Below are positions 9,406 through 18,329 of a stretch of 64,000 nt of DNA, one piece after another; positions within the stretch are counted from its first letter, which is position 1, and each line of letters begins with the position of its first letter. The notes under the pieces were generated by a model. The model was not told the origin of the DNA. It was given only the letters and a program-made list of their open reading frames with translations, and searched no databases. Source of the stretch: Candidatus Latescibacterota bacterium (GTDB lineage Bacteria > Latescibacterota > UBA2968 > GCA-2709665). The stretch covers positions 4,992,001-5,056,000 of the forward strand of contig OZ252100.1 in assembly GCA_965248435.1 (NCBI GenBank). Reading direction: 5' to 3'. A program made the translations under genes and the position numbers.

Positions 9406-9973
9406 GGGAGCCTACTTTCTCAGTTCGCGCGAAATGGGTAGTGAGTTTACCCGTTTGGTGGATTAGGCGAAAGTGAATGGGGTTTCTGCCGGTTACTCCC
9501 CGCACGGAGCGTCAATATTTGCTTTAAGTATTGTAAACTTAATGAGTTAATTTTTCTTCAGTCAATGTAATTCTTTTGCGCCTTTGAGGAGGTTTACACG
9601 TAATTTTGGGTAATATGATTCCAAATTGACGCGCAAAATGGAATCAACACTTCCATTTTGCGGGGGAGTGCTGGGGAACAGATGTGCGACTTCACCCACA
9701 CCGACCTCTGGAGCTCTGGTCCTCGAATGCGCGAATTGTATCCGGTAGGAGCCAACTCCTGTTGGCGAACAAGAGAATCGCGATCCACCTTGCTGAGCCC
9801 CACGCCAAACGCGGTGCCAAGTCCCCTCCTGGTCGGGGTGGGTCACAATCGAGTTTCTGCTCATCAGACCCACCGCTAGATTGCCTCCACAGAGGGCGCT
9901 TAGTATTCGCACCAGAAGCTCTCCGGGGTGCCCCAAAGGGGCGGGGTGGGTCGAATCACGATTTGAGAAAAAC

Positions 9974-10526
9974 ATGCCTCCGGCGGCCCACTTTTCTTGC
10001 TCGCCCAAGAAAAGTGGGTCAAAAGAAAGGCGCCCCTCAGGCGCCGGGGAGGCTCCGGCCGCGGCACCTCACCCTCAGTGGCATAAACAGTCCACGGCAG
10101 GAAGGCCAAATCCTCACCACGCGCTCGCGATCACTGAGGAACCAACCCGCTGGGAGGAGAAATTCTCTCGTTGCATCGGAGTCGCACACCGCGGCCCTGA
10201 TGGTTTCGAGCGATCTTCTTTGTGAGATAGAAAGACGCCAGTCCCCTCCTTGGAGGGGTGCCCCGAAGGGGCGGGGTGGGTCGAATCACGATTTGAGAAA
10301 AACATGCCTCCGGCGGCCCACTTTTCTTGCTCGCCCAAGAAAAGTGGGTCAAAAGAAGGGCTCCCCTCAGTCGCCGCGGGGGCTTTGGCCGCGGCACCTC
10401 GCCCTCAGTGGCATAAACAGTCCACGGCAGGAGGGCCAAATCCTCACCACGCGCTCGCGATCACTGAGAAACCAACCGCTGGGAGGAGAAATGGTCTGGT
10501 TGCATCGGAGTCGCACACCGCGGCCC
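9974..10526 (+). repeat. Structured dispersed repeat, copies 4 (9974-10197) and 5 (10304-10526), part of a 330-bp tandem duplication
   Basis: Direct repeat with period 330 bp including flanking sequence. Confidence 0.9.
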
Positions 10527-10757
10527 TGATGAATTGCAGCGATCTCTTTCGTGAGTTTGAGAGACGCCAGTCCCCTCCCAGGAGGGGTGCTCCGAAGGGG
10601 CGGGGTGGGTTTTACGAACGACGATCGACGGCCTTCCGACTTTCCCGATCCCCGGTACCCGTGTTCTGCTTTCCCGGTACCCGGTCTTTGCGAGCGACGA
10701 ACGACGGTTTTACGGTACCCGGTACCCGTGTTTTGGTTTCCCGGTCATGATACACAA

Positions 10758-10856
10758 AGAGTCAATGTGCTCGTAGGAAAATGTGTTAAGGTGACAAGCG
10801 AAAGCGTTTGACAGGGCCACCGATTCATTGGTAAGTTGCAAAACGGCGGCGTCAGG
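10758..10856 (+). promoter_or_regulatory. Sigma70-like promoter of the transaldolase-like gene (TTGACA 10808-10813, TG-n-TAAGTT 10829-10837); 99-bp block duplicated at 11983-12081
   Basis: Consensus -35, extended -10, 18-bp spacer; boxes conserved in both copies while the spacer diverges. Confidence 0.65.
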
Positions 10857-10911
10857 AGGTTCGGTTGCCGTATTCGTATGTACGCAACCTGTTGACCAGG
10901 AGGAACTCGAA

Positions 10912-11664
10912 ATGGCAACGAAAAGCGCCTCGGCAGCCAGTTTGGGACGTGTGCCAGCCGCACGTAACGAGGGAAGGGGTCCCACGATCTGGCTCGCCGG
11001 CGATCCGGATGACTTGCGAGAATGGATGCCGATGGGCATCACGGGTATCGTGCTGAACACGGTGGTGCACAACGAGTACGCGCAGAATCACGGCTCAGCC
11101 ATGAAGGTTGTCGAAAAATACTTAGAGATGACGGATAAGCCGGTCGTTGTCGAGATCGATGGACATACTGTCGATGAGTTGAGGGCGGTGGGGAAGGTCT
11201 TTACCGATCTATCGGATCAGATCATCCTGAAGATTCCGTGCTCGGCCAATGGACTGAGGGCCTTCGCCATCCTGAAGGATGAAGGTGTCGAGACGTTCTG
11301 TACGACGGTCTTTTCGTTGACTCAGGCGGCGGCTGTCGCGCAGGCAGGGGTCGATCACATCCTGCCATTCTGTGACCCGGTCAAACAGGTCGGCGGTGAT
11401 CCAACGCAGCTCATTCGAGAATGCTCAGAGATGTTCAAGGGATGGGCGCATCGACCTTTCGTGATGGCGGCTCTGGTTCGGTCCGTGGAGACCGCTCACG
11501 CGGCGTTCCGAGATGGAGCGGACGAGCTCGTGACGATGTGGACGGTCTATCGAGATATGCTCGAGCATCCGCTGACGGATCAGTGGATGAAGATTTTCCT
11601 GGATTCGTGGAACGACATGCACGAGAAGGGGCTGCTCGAGGGGGTACCCGTCGAGCAGCATTAA
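10912..11664 (+). CDS. Transaldolase / fructose-6-phosphate aldolase family protein (divergent)
   Basis: AGGAGG RBS before ATG 10912; IILKIP Schiff-base Lys, TVFSLTQA, HPLTDQ...F..SW C-terminal helix. Confidence 0.8.
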   Translation: MATKSASAASLGRVPAARNEGRGPTIWLAGDPDDLREWMPMGITGIVLNTVVHNEYAQNHGSAMKVVEKYLEMTDKPVVVEIDGHTVDELRAVGKVFTDLSDQIILKIPCSANGLRAFAILKDEGVETFCTTVFSLTQAAAVAQAGVDHILPFCDPVKQVGGDPTQLIRECSEMFKGWAHRPFVMAALVRSVETAHAAFRDGADELVTMWTVYRDMLEHPLTDQWMKIFLDSWNDMHEKGLLEGVPVEQH

Positions 11665-11683
11665 TATCACACCGGTAGTAAAT

Positions 11684-11722
11684 GAAAAACACTCCCGCGG
11701 GAATCCTGTGGGGGTGTTTTTC
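11684..11722. terminator. Bidirectional intrinsic terminator
   Basis: gaaaaacactcccgcggg-aat-cctgtgggggtgtttttc hairpin with A/T tracts, 20 bp after the stop codon. Confidence 0.8.
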
Positions 11723-11878
11723 GTTGTGTGTTGACGGTGGGTTTTGCGAACGACGAACGCCTGTCCCCAGCGAAGCCTGCACTGCCTGTACCGAGTAGGC
11801 CCGCAGGGCCGTATCGAGGCAAGCGAGCGGAGCGAGTCGAATGTGTCGAGGGGACGATCGACGAACGACGGCTTCTAA

Positions 11879-11962
11879 GATGCCGACGTCGGTGGAAAAG
11901 GGATCGGTAGATCCGGAGCCGTGTACGTCAAGTGTGTTTCTAATGATGGTGTCGAATATCAT
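11879..11962 (-). pseudogene. 5' remnant of a D-aminoacylase paralogue
   Basis: MIFDTIIRNTLDVHGSGSTDPFSTDVGI aligns with MTFDTLIRNALVVDGTGAVEPFSADVGI of 7858-9405, then similarity stops. Confidence 0.8.
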
Positions 11963-11982
11963 AAAGGATGATTATACGCTAT

Positions 11983-12081
11983 AGAGTTAATGTGCTAGAA
12001 GGAAAATGTGTGAAGGAGACAAGCGAAAGCGTTTGACAGGACAGTCGATGTAGTGGTAGGTTGTTGAACGGCGGCGTCAGG
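11983..12081 (+). promoter_or_regulatory. Duplicated copy of the 10758-10856 promoter block, pointing into the cassette array
   Basis: Shared gacaagcgaaagcgtttgacagg; TTGACA 12033-12038, TG-n-TAGGTT 12054-12062. Confidence 0.65.
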
Positions 12082-12370
12082 GATCCTCGCTTAGATGGGG
12101 ATTCCGGAACGGTGGAGACCTTTAGGTATTCGGGGGGAGACCGCCGCATATGTGAAACTTCCCAATAAACCCAGATGTGTCCTGGACAACAGGATTACGT
12201 TCTGGGTTTTTGCTTTGGAAAAGACCGTTGATATTCGCTGGGAAAATAAATCTACCAAAGAAAGGATTATGGACCAGGTTTCGTTAAGTTTCATTTCGGA
12301 GAGGATTCTGCGAAGTTCGCAGACATGTTCGGCCAGGCCAATATCGCGAACTGGTTCGTGAATGCCGTAG

Positions 12371-14631
12371 TTAAGTGCAATGCCGGTGCCACAAGGGCGG
12401 CCCATCCCTGGACCGCCCCCCGGCTCAAGCGAACCGAAAGAATGGACGGCGTTCTATCGCAGGCTAGCAATGAGCTGGAAGAGAGGTACCCAGTCGATGG
12501 TAAAGGGAGGTAGGTTCGGTGGCCACCTGTAAGCATACCTATGAGGATGGCAAAACGTGCGGAAGGGCAGCCTCCAAAGTAGACCCGGATGGCTTCTGCC
12601 TCTTTCACTCCTCTGTAGCCGACAGGGACTGGACTCAGATCCTGGATGGCTTTCAGAAAGAAGTGAATGATAGGATGGGGCTACTGGACTTCCGCGGGTG
12701 GAAGTTGCCGAAGATCGTTTGCGATCACCTAGAGTCTACGCAGTTTACTCAGCCCGCAGACTTCTCAAATGCTGAGCTGGAGGGACCAGTCCTTTCCAAT
12801 CTAGAGTTCCGGGAAGGTGCGAAATTCGCGGGCACGAAGTTCCTTGGAGGTGTCACCTTTCACGGGGGAGGAGCAAGCAAGAATCCTGTGGAATTCGATG
12901 GTGCGGTAGCTGATGGCGAATTCGAGCTTTTGGACTTCAATGTCAACTCGCAATTAGTCTTCAAAGACTGCACATTCCAGAAGTTCAAACTGGTGTATGG
13001 CGAGGGGAAGGGAATAGGGCACAATGCTGTCTTTTCTGGTTGCAGGTTTGGGGATGAGGCTTTCATCCAACTCGTCAATAGACCTGAGATCTTGATTGGG
13101 CCTGGCTGCACCTTTGAAAAGGCTCCGTCCTTTCGCGGTTCTAGATTGGATGACCTGAAGGTGAAGAAGACTACTATCAGAGGAAGCCTTGATCTCTCTA
13201 CAGCGGGGAACATTCAGTGCGTGTCACTCATTGGGTGTACGATTTCCGGTGGCGTCAAAGCTCTGAGAAGGGTGCAAGGCCTGACAATTGAGAAGAGCAC
13301 AATAGGCGGTGGTCTTGAGTGTTCTCGCTCGCCATTCAACTCCCCCCTTCAGCTGAAGAACAGCGTCTTCAAGGATGAGGTGGATTTCTCCGACGCAGTC
13401 TCCTCCAATTCGACGCGAATTGAGGCCTGTGAATTTCAGGAAGTCGAGTTTTCTAGGTTCACCAGCATGAATAGTGCAGCCTTTACGATTTCCGGGTCCA
13501 CTTTTGAAGGAGCCCTGACGCTCTCACGCGGATCCCTTACCGGTGGGATTGAAGTGTCCGGAAGTCACTTCAATGATGGACTCAAGCTTGAACGAGTGCA
13601 ACTAGCGAACGAGGTCCGATTTGACAGCCTCGAATACACTGGGCCCTTCTGGATTCAAGACTGTGATCTATCAGGGGCAATCTTCCGGAATATGAATCTC
13701 TCTCACCCCTCCTTTCTCAACTCCAGGGGGATAGAAAAGGCGCTCTTCGATGGTGTGACCTGGCATCAAAGCGGAAACCGAACATCGAGATGGGAACGGC
13801 TTCTGAGCTGGTTCCGTGGTGATGGAGAATTACTGGAGGAAGCTGAGATACGGCGGAATCCCAAAATGAGCGCCAGAAATCGCGAGCAGATGTGTCTTCA
13901 GGCCGGGAGGATCTACAGTCAGCTGAAGAAGAACTACGAGGATTGTCGGGAGTTCAGAAGTGCTGGCTATTTCCACTACGGAGAGCTGGAGACTGCCCGT
14001 CTAGGGAAACGATGGCGCTTGGGCAGATTCTTCCTCTCCTGGGACGCCCTCTATTGGCTCCTGTCAGGCTACGGTGAAAGGATCTATCGTTCCGTCTTCC
14101 TCCTGTGCGCTCTATTGCTTGGTTTCGGGACCGCCTACTGGGCGATTGGTATCTGTACGCCAATGCTTGGGACTCGTCCGAGCTTAGGATTCTGGAGAGC
14201 TGTTGACGCTGTGCTCTTTGCCCTCACGGTTCCGCCTCTGAAACCCTTCAAAGACTACGAGGTTATTTCCGCAACGGGACACTACATCCGGTTGCTGAAC
14301 ACTCTCTTGGTTCCGATCGTCATCGCCTTTGCGGTGTTGGCAGTTAGGCGCCGATTCAAGAGATAGACTCCGACGTGGAGATAGAAGACTTTGGGGCCTT
14401 TCCCCCCAAGTTGGAGATAGTTCCTTCCGACAAGAAAGCAGGGACGAGATCAAGAGGGTTCCCTGTGCAGCGGCCTCTCCTTGCCCTGGTCACATCCATA
14501 GAGAGAAGTGCGTTTGCCTTCCCTGGCAAACGCACTTGCACCGGCACAACACTTAACAGCAGCACTTGCGGCTCAGGCCTACCGGCCCTCGTCCTAACTT
14601 GCCTTCGGCAAGTTCGCAAGTGCGCGGACCG
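12371..14631 (+). mobile_element. Integron gene cassette 1 (array has no integrase in the window)
   Basis: Starts at G/TTAAGTG caa TGCCGGTGC (12370-12389), the inverted complement of GCACCGGCA caa CACTTAAC (14538-14557) that opens its attC. Confidence 0.75.
12519..14366 (+). CDS. Pentapeptide-repeat-like protein with N-terminal Cys/His cluster and C-terminal membrane (ion-channel-like) domain
   Basis: C..C..CxxH at N-terminus; repeated F..a.F beta-solenoid pattern; YSQLKKNY..AGYFHYGE and SGYGER followed by TM segments. Confidence 0.7.
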   Translation: MATCKHTYEDGKTCGRAASKVDPDGFCLFHSSVADRDWTQILDGFQKEVNDRMGLLDFRGWKLPKIVCDHLESTQFTQPADFSNAELEGPVLSNLEFREGAKFAGTKFLGGVTFHGGGASKNPVEFDGAVADGEFELLDFNVNSQLVFKDCTFQKFKLVYGEGKGIGHNAVFSGCRFGDEAFIQLVNRPEILIGPGCTFEKAPSFRGSRLDDLKVKKTTIRGSLDLSTAGNIQCVSLIGCTISGGVKALRRVQGLTIEKSTIGGGLECSRSPFNSPLQLKNSVFKDEVDFSDAVSSNSTRIEACEFQEVEFSRFTSMNSAAFTISGSTFEGALTLSRGSLTGGIEVSGSHFNDGLKLERVQLANEVRFDSLEYTGPFWIQDCDLSGAIFRNMNLSHPSFLNSRGIEKALFDGVTWHQSGNRTSRWERLLSWFRGDGELLEEAEIRRNPKMSARNREQMCLQAGRIYSQLKKNYEDCREFRSAGYFHYGELETARLGKRWRLGRFFLSWDALYWLLSGYGERIYRSVFLLCALLLGFGTAYWAIGICTPMLGTRPSLGFWRAVDAVLFALTVPPLKPFKDYEVISATGHYIRLLNTLLVPIVIAFAVLAVRRRFKR

Positions 14632-14637
14632 TTACAC
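14551..14637 (+). other. attC recombination site
   Basis: Inverse core ACTTAAC 14551-14557, inverted arms GCACTTGCG 14562-14570 / CGCAAGTGC 14615-14623, inner hairpin aacttgcc-ttc-ggcaagtt, core GTTACAC 14631-14637. Confidence 0.78.
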
Positions 14638-14873
14638 GCAAGCGGCGCAAGAACTCAACCGCCCCACCCCGGCAAATCGTGCACAAAGGCAAAAACCACC
14701 TCGTCAAAGGTGAATACCGGTATATCGAGCTTCTTCGATTCTTGCTGGAGTGATGCTGGATTTACTTCACCCCGACTGAGATATCCCGCATCTTCCCGCA
14801 GAATCACAAGTTGTAGGCAGCGGTGGCTCAACAGACGTAGAGCTACAGTTGCCAAACTTAATAGGAGGCAGCC

Positions 14874-15245
14874 ATGGCAGACAAAAAGGTAATCTTCGTT
14901 GCATTCGCTATTGAGGACGAGCGACAGAGGGACTTTCTAAAAGGTCAGTCCTTGAATACGAATTCCCCATTCGAATACATCGATATGTCCGTGAAGGAAC
15001 CGTACGATTCTGATTGGAAGGAGCGTGTCCGCACTCGGATTCGTCGCTCGGACGGTGTGATCGCGCTAGTAAGCAAGAATTCTCTCGCTTCGAGCGGTCA
15101 AAAGTGGGAACTCACATGTGCCAGAGAAGAAAAGAAAAAGATCCTCGGCATCTGGGCCTACAAAGACGACCGGACAAACCTCCCCGGCGTAAGAACTGTG
15201 GTCTGGACGTGGAAAGCTATCGAGAACTTCATCGATAGTCTTTAG
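14874..15245 (+). CDS. TIR-domain protein (MTH538/DUF1863, Thoeris ThsB-like)
   Basis: [33 protein letters not shown] with catalytic Glu; GGAGG RBS. Confidence 0.88.
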   Translation: MADKKVIFVAFAIEDERQRDFLKGQSLNTNSPFEYIDMSVKEPYDSDWKERVRTRIRRSDGVIALVSKNSLASSGQKWELTCAREEKKKILGIWAYKDDRTNLPGVRTVVWTWKAIENFIDSL

Positions 15246-15267
15246 CCCACTCGTATGGAGGTGCTCC

Positions 15268-16242
15268 ATGAGAATCGCACTGATTGTTGGCATCAATTAC
15301 TACGATCATGGTAATGTACTATTCGGTTGCGTTGATGATGCACATGCTGTCAAAGCGACGTTGGAGCGACACGATGGTGGCGCTGTGAATTTCGATTGTC
15401 ACCTACTTACTGGCACTAGTCAAAGTGATCGAGTAGATCGTAACGAGCTAAAGGATCGGATTGAGGAGCTTTTCAGAGCCGATGCAGAAATTGCCTTGTT
15501 GTACTTTGCAGGGCACGGCCATATTGAAGCGTCTGGCGGCTACCTCCTTACAACAGACTCTAGCCGTGGTGATGAGGGCGTCTCTCTTTCGGAAATTCTG
15601 ACTCTTGCGAATGCTTCACCAGCAAGAAATAAAGTCGTCGTATTGGACAGTTGTCACTCAGGGATAGCGGGTACGCCGCCAACCGGCGATCAATTGGCCA
15701 CTTTGTCAGAGGGCCTCACTGTTTTAACCGCATCTACAAAGGATCAGTATGCAACGGAAGAAAACGGACGTGGCGTATTTACCTCTCTGTTCGTGGATGC
15801 ATTAAGTGGAGGCGCAGCCAACCTTACCGGCGACATTACTCCAGGAAGCGTATACGCGCATATAGATCAATCATTGGGCGCGTGGGAGCAGCGACCGGTA
15901 TTTAAGACCAATGTCAAACAGTTCGTTTCGTTGCGAAAGTCATCCCCTCCGATAGAAGTTTCAGATTTGCGCCGATTGGCAGAGTTGTTTCCTACCCCTG
16001 GTTTTGACTATGGTCTTGATCCCACCTATGAACCCGAAATGAAAGGACGAGACTCAGGAATGCCGCCACCAGACCCTGATAACACGCGCATCTTTGCAGT
16101 ATTGCAGCGCTACAACCGTTTAAGCCTTCTTGTCCCAGTCGACGCTCCACACATGTGGAACGCTGCCATGGAGAGCAAGTCTTGCAGACTTACGGCACTC
16201 GGAGAGCACTATAGAAGATTGGTAGAGAAGAACCGAATATAG
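15268..16242 (+). CDS. Caspase-like protease (peptidase C14), putative type IV Thoeris effector
   Basis: [15 protein letters not shown] (His) and LDSCHSG (Cys) dyad; 22 bp downstream of the TIR gene. Confidence 0.9.
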   Translation: MRIALIVGINYYDHGNVLFGCVDDAHAVKATLERHDGGAVNFDCHLLTGTSQSDRVDRNELKDRIEELFRADAEIALLYFAGHGHIEASGGYLLTTDSSRGDEGVSLSEILTLANASPARNKVVVLDSCHSGIAGTPPTGDQLATLSEGLTVLTASTKDQYATEENGRGVFTSLFVDALSGGAANLTGDITPGSVYAHIDQSLGAWEQRPVFKTNVKQFVSLRKSSPPIEVSDLRRLAELFPTPGFDYGLDPTYEPEMKGRDSGMPPPDPDNTRIFAVLQRYNRLSLLVPVDAPHMWNAAMESKSCRLTALGEHYRRLVEKNRI

Positions 16243-16265
16243 GAGAAGCTGCCTCCCAACGATCC

Positions 16266-16541
16266 TTGGCCTTCCAAGAGGAGAAGGAGTGGCGTCTTGT
16301 TGCACTTCCGAGACAATCACGAAAACAAACAATTCAATTCAGGGATACCGAGAAGGGCCTCGTGCCGTATGTCTGTATACCTTTATGCAAGGAAAATGAT
16401 CTGATCCCTATAAACCGTGTTTATGTTGGTCCGACTCACTCCCCTGAGATGAGGGTAACGGCAGCCATGTCTTTTCTAGACTCCCAGGGATACGACGGAG
16501 ATAGAGTAGTCTGTGATTCAGACATCCCATTTATGGGATAA
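16266..16541 (+). pseudogene. C-terminal fragment of a DUF2971-like protein
   Basis: FQEEKEWRL and PYV...VYVGP...SDIPF tail; no N-terminal part; begins just after a truncated attC-like motif. Confidence 0.6.
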
Positions 16542-16673
16542 AGCCTTCAACGATCGCATTGGCCACGCTGCTGGAAAGATACCAAAGCGAGCGCAATGCC
16601 TGCGGACTAACTCCGGCTCGAATTACTCTCAAGATCAAACAGGAGATGTCAACATGCTGAAAGAGGTGGCTGT

Positions 16674-17588
16674 GTGAGCGACATCAAGCTATTCAACATA
16701 GCGGGTGGTGAGGCCGTCGAGCTAAGTGGCAGTTCCGTTCTATTGGAGCGTTCGCTTCAGTCTCTGATCGAGCAGAATCTGGAATCGCTTATCGGCGTCC
16801 GCTTGCTGGAATCCGAGTACTCAACAGGGAAGACCCACGGCGGACGCATCGATACGCTTGGTATCGACGAAAACAGCTATCCAGTTATCATTGAGTACAA
16901 GCGGTCGCAGAGCGAAAACGTAATCAATCAGGGTCTGTTTTATCTGGACTGGCTGCTGGATCATCAGGCAGAGTTTCAACTCCTTGTGAGGAAACGTATC
17001 GGGCAGAAGGAATCCGAGCAGATCGAGTGGGCAAGTCCCCGATTGCTCTGTATCGCCTCGAACTTCACAAAGTACGACGAGCACGCTGTACAACAGATCA
17101 CCCGTAACATCGAACTCATCCGGTACCGGCAGTTCGTCGATGACCTGTTGCTACTTGAGCTTGTGAATGCGACAACCGCTGGCGAACAAACCGTAGAAAA
17201 GTCCACCAAGGGGACAATATCGAAACAGAACTATAAGACTGTAACCGAGTCCGTCGAGGATCTTGTCCCTGAGCTGCGTGCGATCTACGAGGATGCAAGA
17301 ACTTTCATACTCTCCCTCGGAGACGACGTACAAGAGAAGACTCTGAAGTATTATGTCGCCTTCCGACGGTTAAAGAATTTCGTCTGTGTCGAAGCACACC
17401 CCATAGCCGGCTATCTGAAACTATATCTAAAACTGGATCCGTCAGAAGTGGATTTGGTCGAGGGGTTCACGAGGGATGTTCGAGAAATCGGCCACCTAGG
17501 TACTGGTGACCTAGAGGTAGTTATCCGTACAAGGTCTGAACTTCAGCGCACTAAGGCTATGCTGCAGCAGAGCTATGAGGCGAATTGA
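16674..17588 (+). CDS. NucS/DUF91-like PD-(D/E)XK endonuclease with C-terminal DUF5655-like domain
   Basis: GRIDTLGIDEN..PVIIEYKR..NVINQGLFY; C-terminal KYYVAF..LKNF, RDVREIGHLGTGDLE. Confidence 0.82.
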   Translation: MSDIKLFNIAGGEAVELSGSSVLLERSLQSLIEQNLESLIGVRLLESEYSTGKTHGGRIDTLGIDENSYPVIIEYKRSQSENVINQGLFYLDWLLDHQAEFQLLVRKRIGQKESEQIEWASPRLLCIASNFTKYDEHAVQQITRNIELIRYRQFVDDLLLLELVNATTAGEQTVEKSTKGTISKQNYKTVTESVEDLVPELRAIYEDARTFILSLGDDVQEKTLKYYVAFRRLKNFVCVEAHPIAGYLKLYLKLDPSEVDLVEGFTRDVREIGHLGTGDLEVVIRTRSELQRTKAMLQQSYEAN

Positions 17589-17710
17589 GGCACTACGCGG
17601 ATCTCCGATAATAGTTTCGGGTCTCCAAAAGGCTGGAATCCCAGTCAACGTTCGGGGTGAGCGAACTGGTTTGGGACCTCGCTGTACGCCTGGCAAGTAG
17701 GGGGATAGAG

Positions 17711-18196
17711 ATGAAGATAAAGCTGAAATTTTGGATTTTCCGGAATTGCTGGTGGTTGCTAACACTTGTGTTCTCCAGCATCCTTACGGCAATGCTCCTC
17801 CTCGGGACGGGCGTCGACTTTAGGCTAGTGGCAACTCTCCTCGGCACGCTGCTTTCCCTGCTTTACTTCTTGCAGAAGCAGGGCTTGGAGGAGGTGAGGC
17901 TATTTCGTGAGATATTCGCAGAATGCAATTGCAGGTACAACACGATGAACGAACGACTGAATGCCATTGTTGATGCTCCCGACAACCAGCCACTGCAATC
18001 GGAAGAGATCGCGATTCTCTATGACTACTTCAATCTCTGCGGCGAGGAGTACCTATACTACCGTCAGGGACACATCTTGCCGTCGGTCTGGAAAGCCTGG
18101 CACAACGGTATGAAATATCTTATTGGGAATCCAAAGGTCGCCGCCGTCTGGGCAGAGGAGAGGACGTCTGATTCTTACTATGGCCTGCCCCTGTAG
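17711..18196 (+). CDS. Hypothetical two-TM membrane protein (cassette-type)
   Basis: Two hydrophobic N-terminal segments followed by YFNLCGEEY..Y..G.I...VW. Confidence 0.65.
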   Translation: MKIKLKFWIFRNCWWLLTLVFSSILTAMLLLGTGVDFRLVATLLGTLLSLLYFLQKQGLEEVRLFREIFAECNCRYNTMNERLNAIVDAPDNQPLQSEEIAILYDYFNLCGEEYLYYRQGHILPSVWKAWHNGMKYLIGNPKVAAVWAEERTSDSYYGLPL

Positions 18197-18329
18197 TTCG
18201 AGCTAGCCGTCTGTATATCACGGAGGAGGAGCTCACAAAAGAAGCACCATCGATCACCCAACAGGTCATTCATGACCTCAAGCTTACTAGGCCAGTCCAC
18301 TTCGATCCAGTGGGGCGAATGCGAATCCA

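Noticed and set aside
5461-9441. Long antisense or alternate-frame ORFs (5461-6498, 5487-6815, 8098-9441, 29836-31593, 30339-31814, 37270-39171, 37932-39233)
   Set aside because: Shadows of high-GC3 genes; no recognisable motifs.
12090-12370. attI site or intI remnant upstream of cassette 1
   Set aside because: No tyrosine-recombinase motifs are seen; only a GTTAAGT at 12284 and what looks like the 3' half of an attC, which is too little to call attI.
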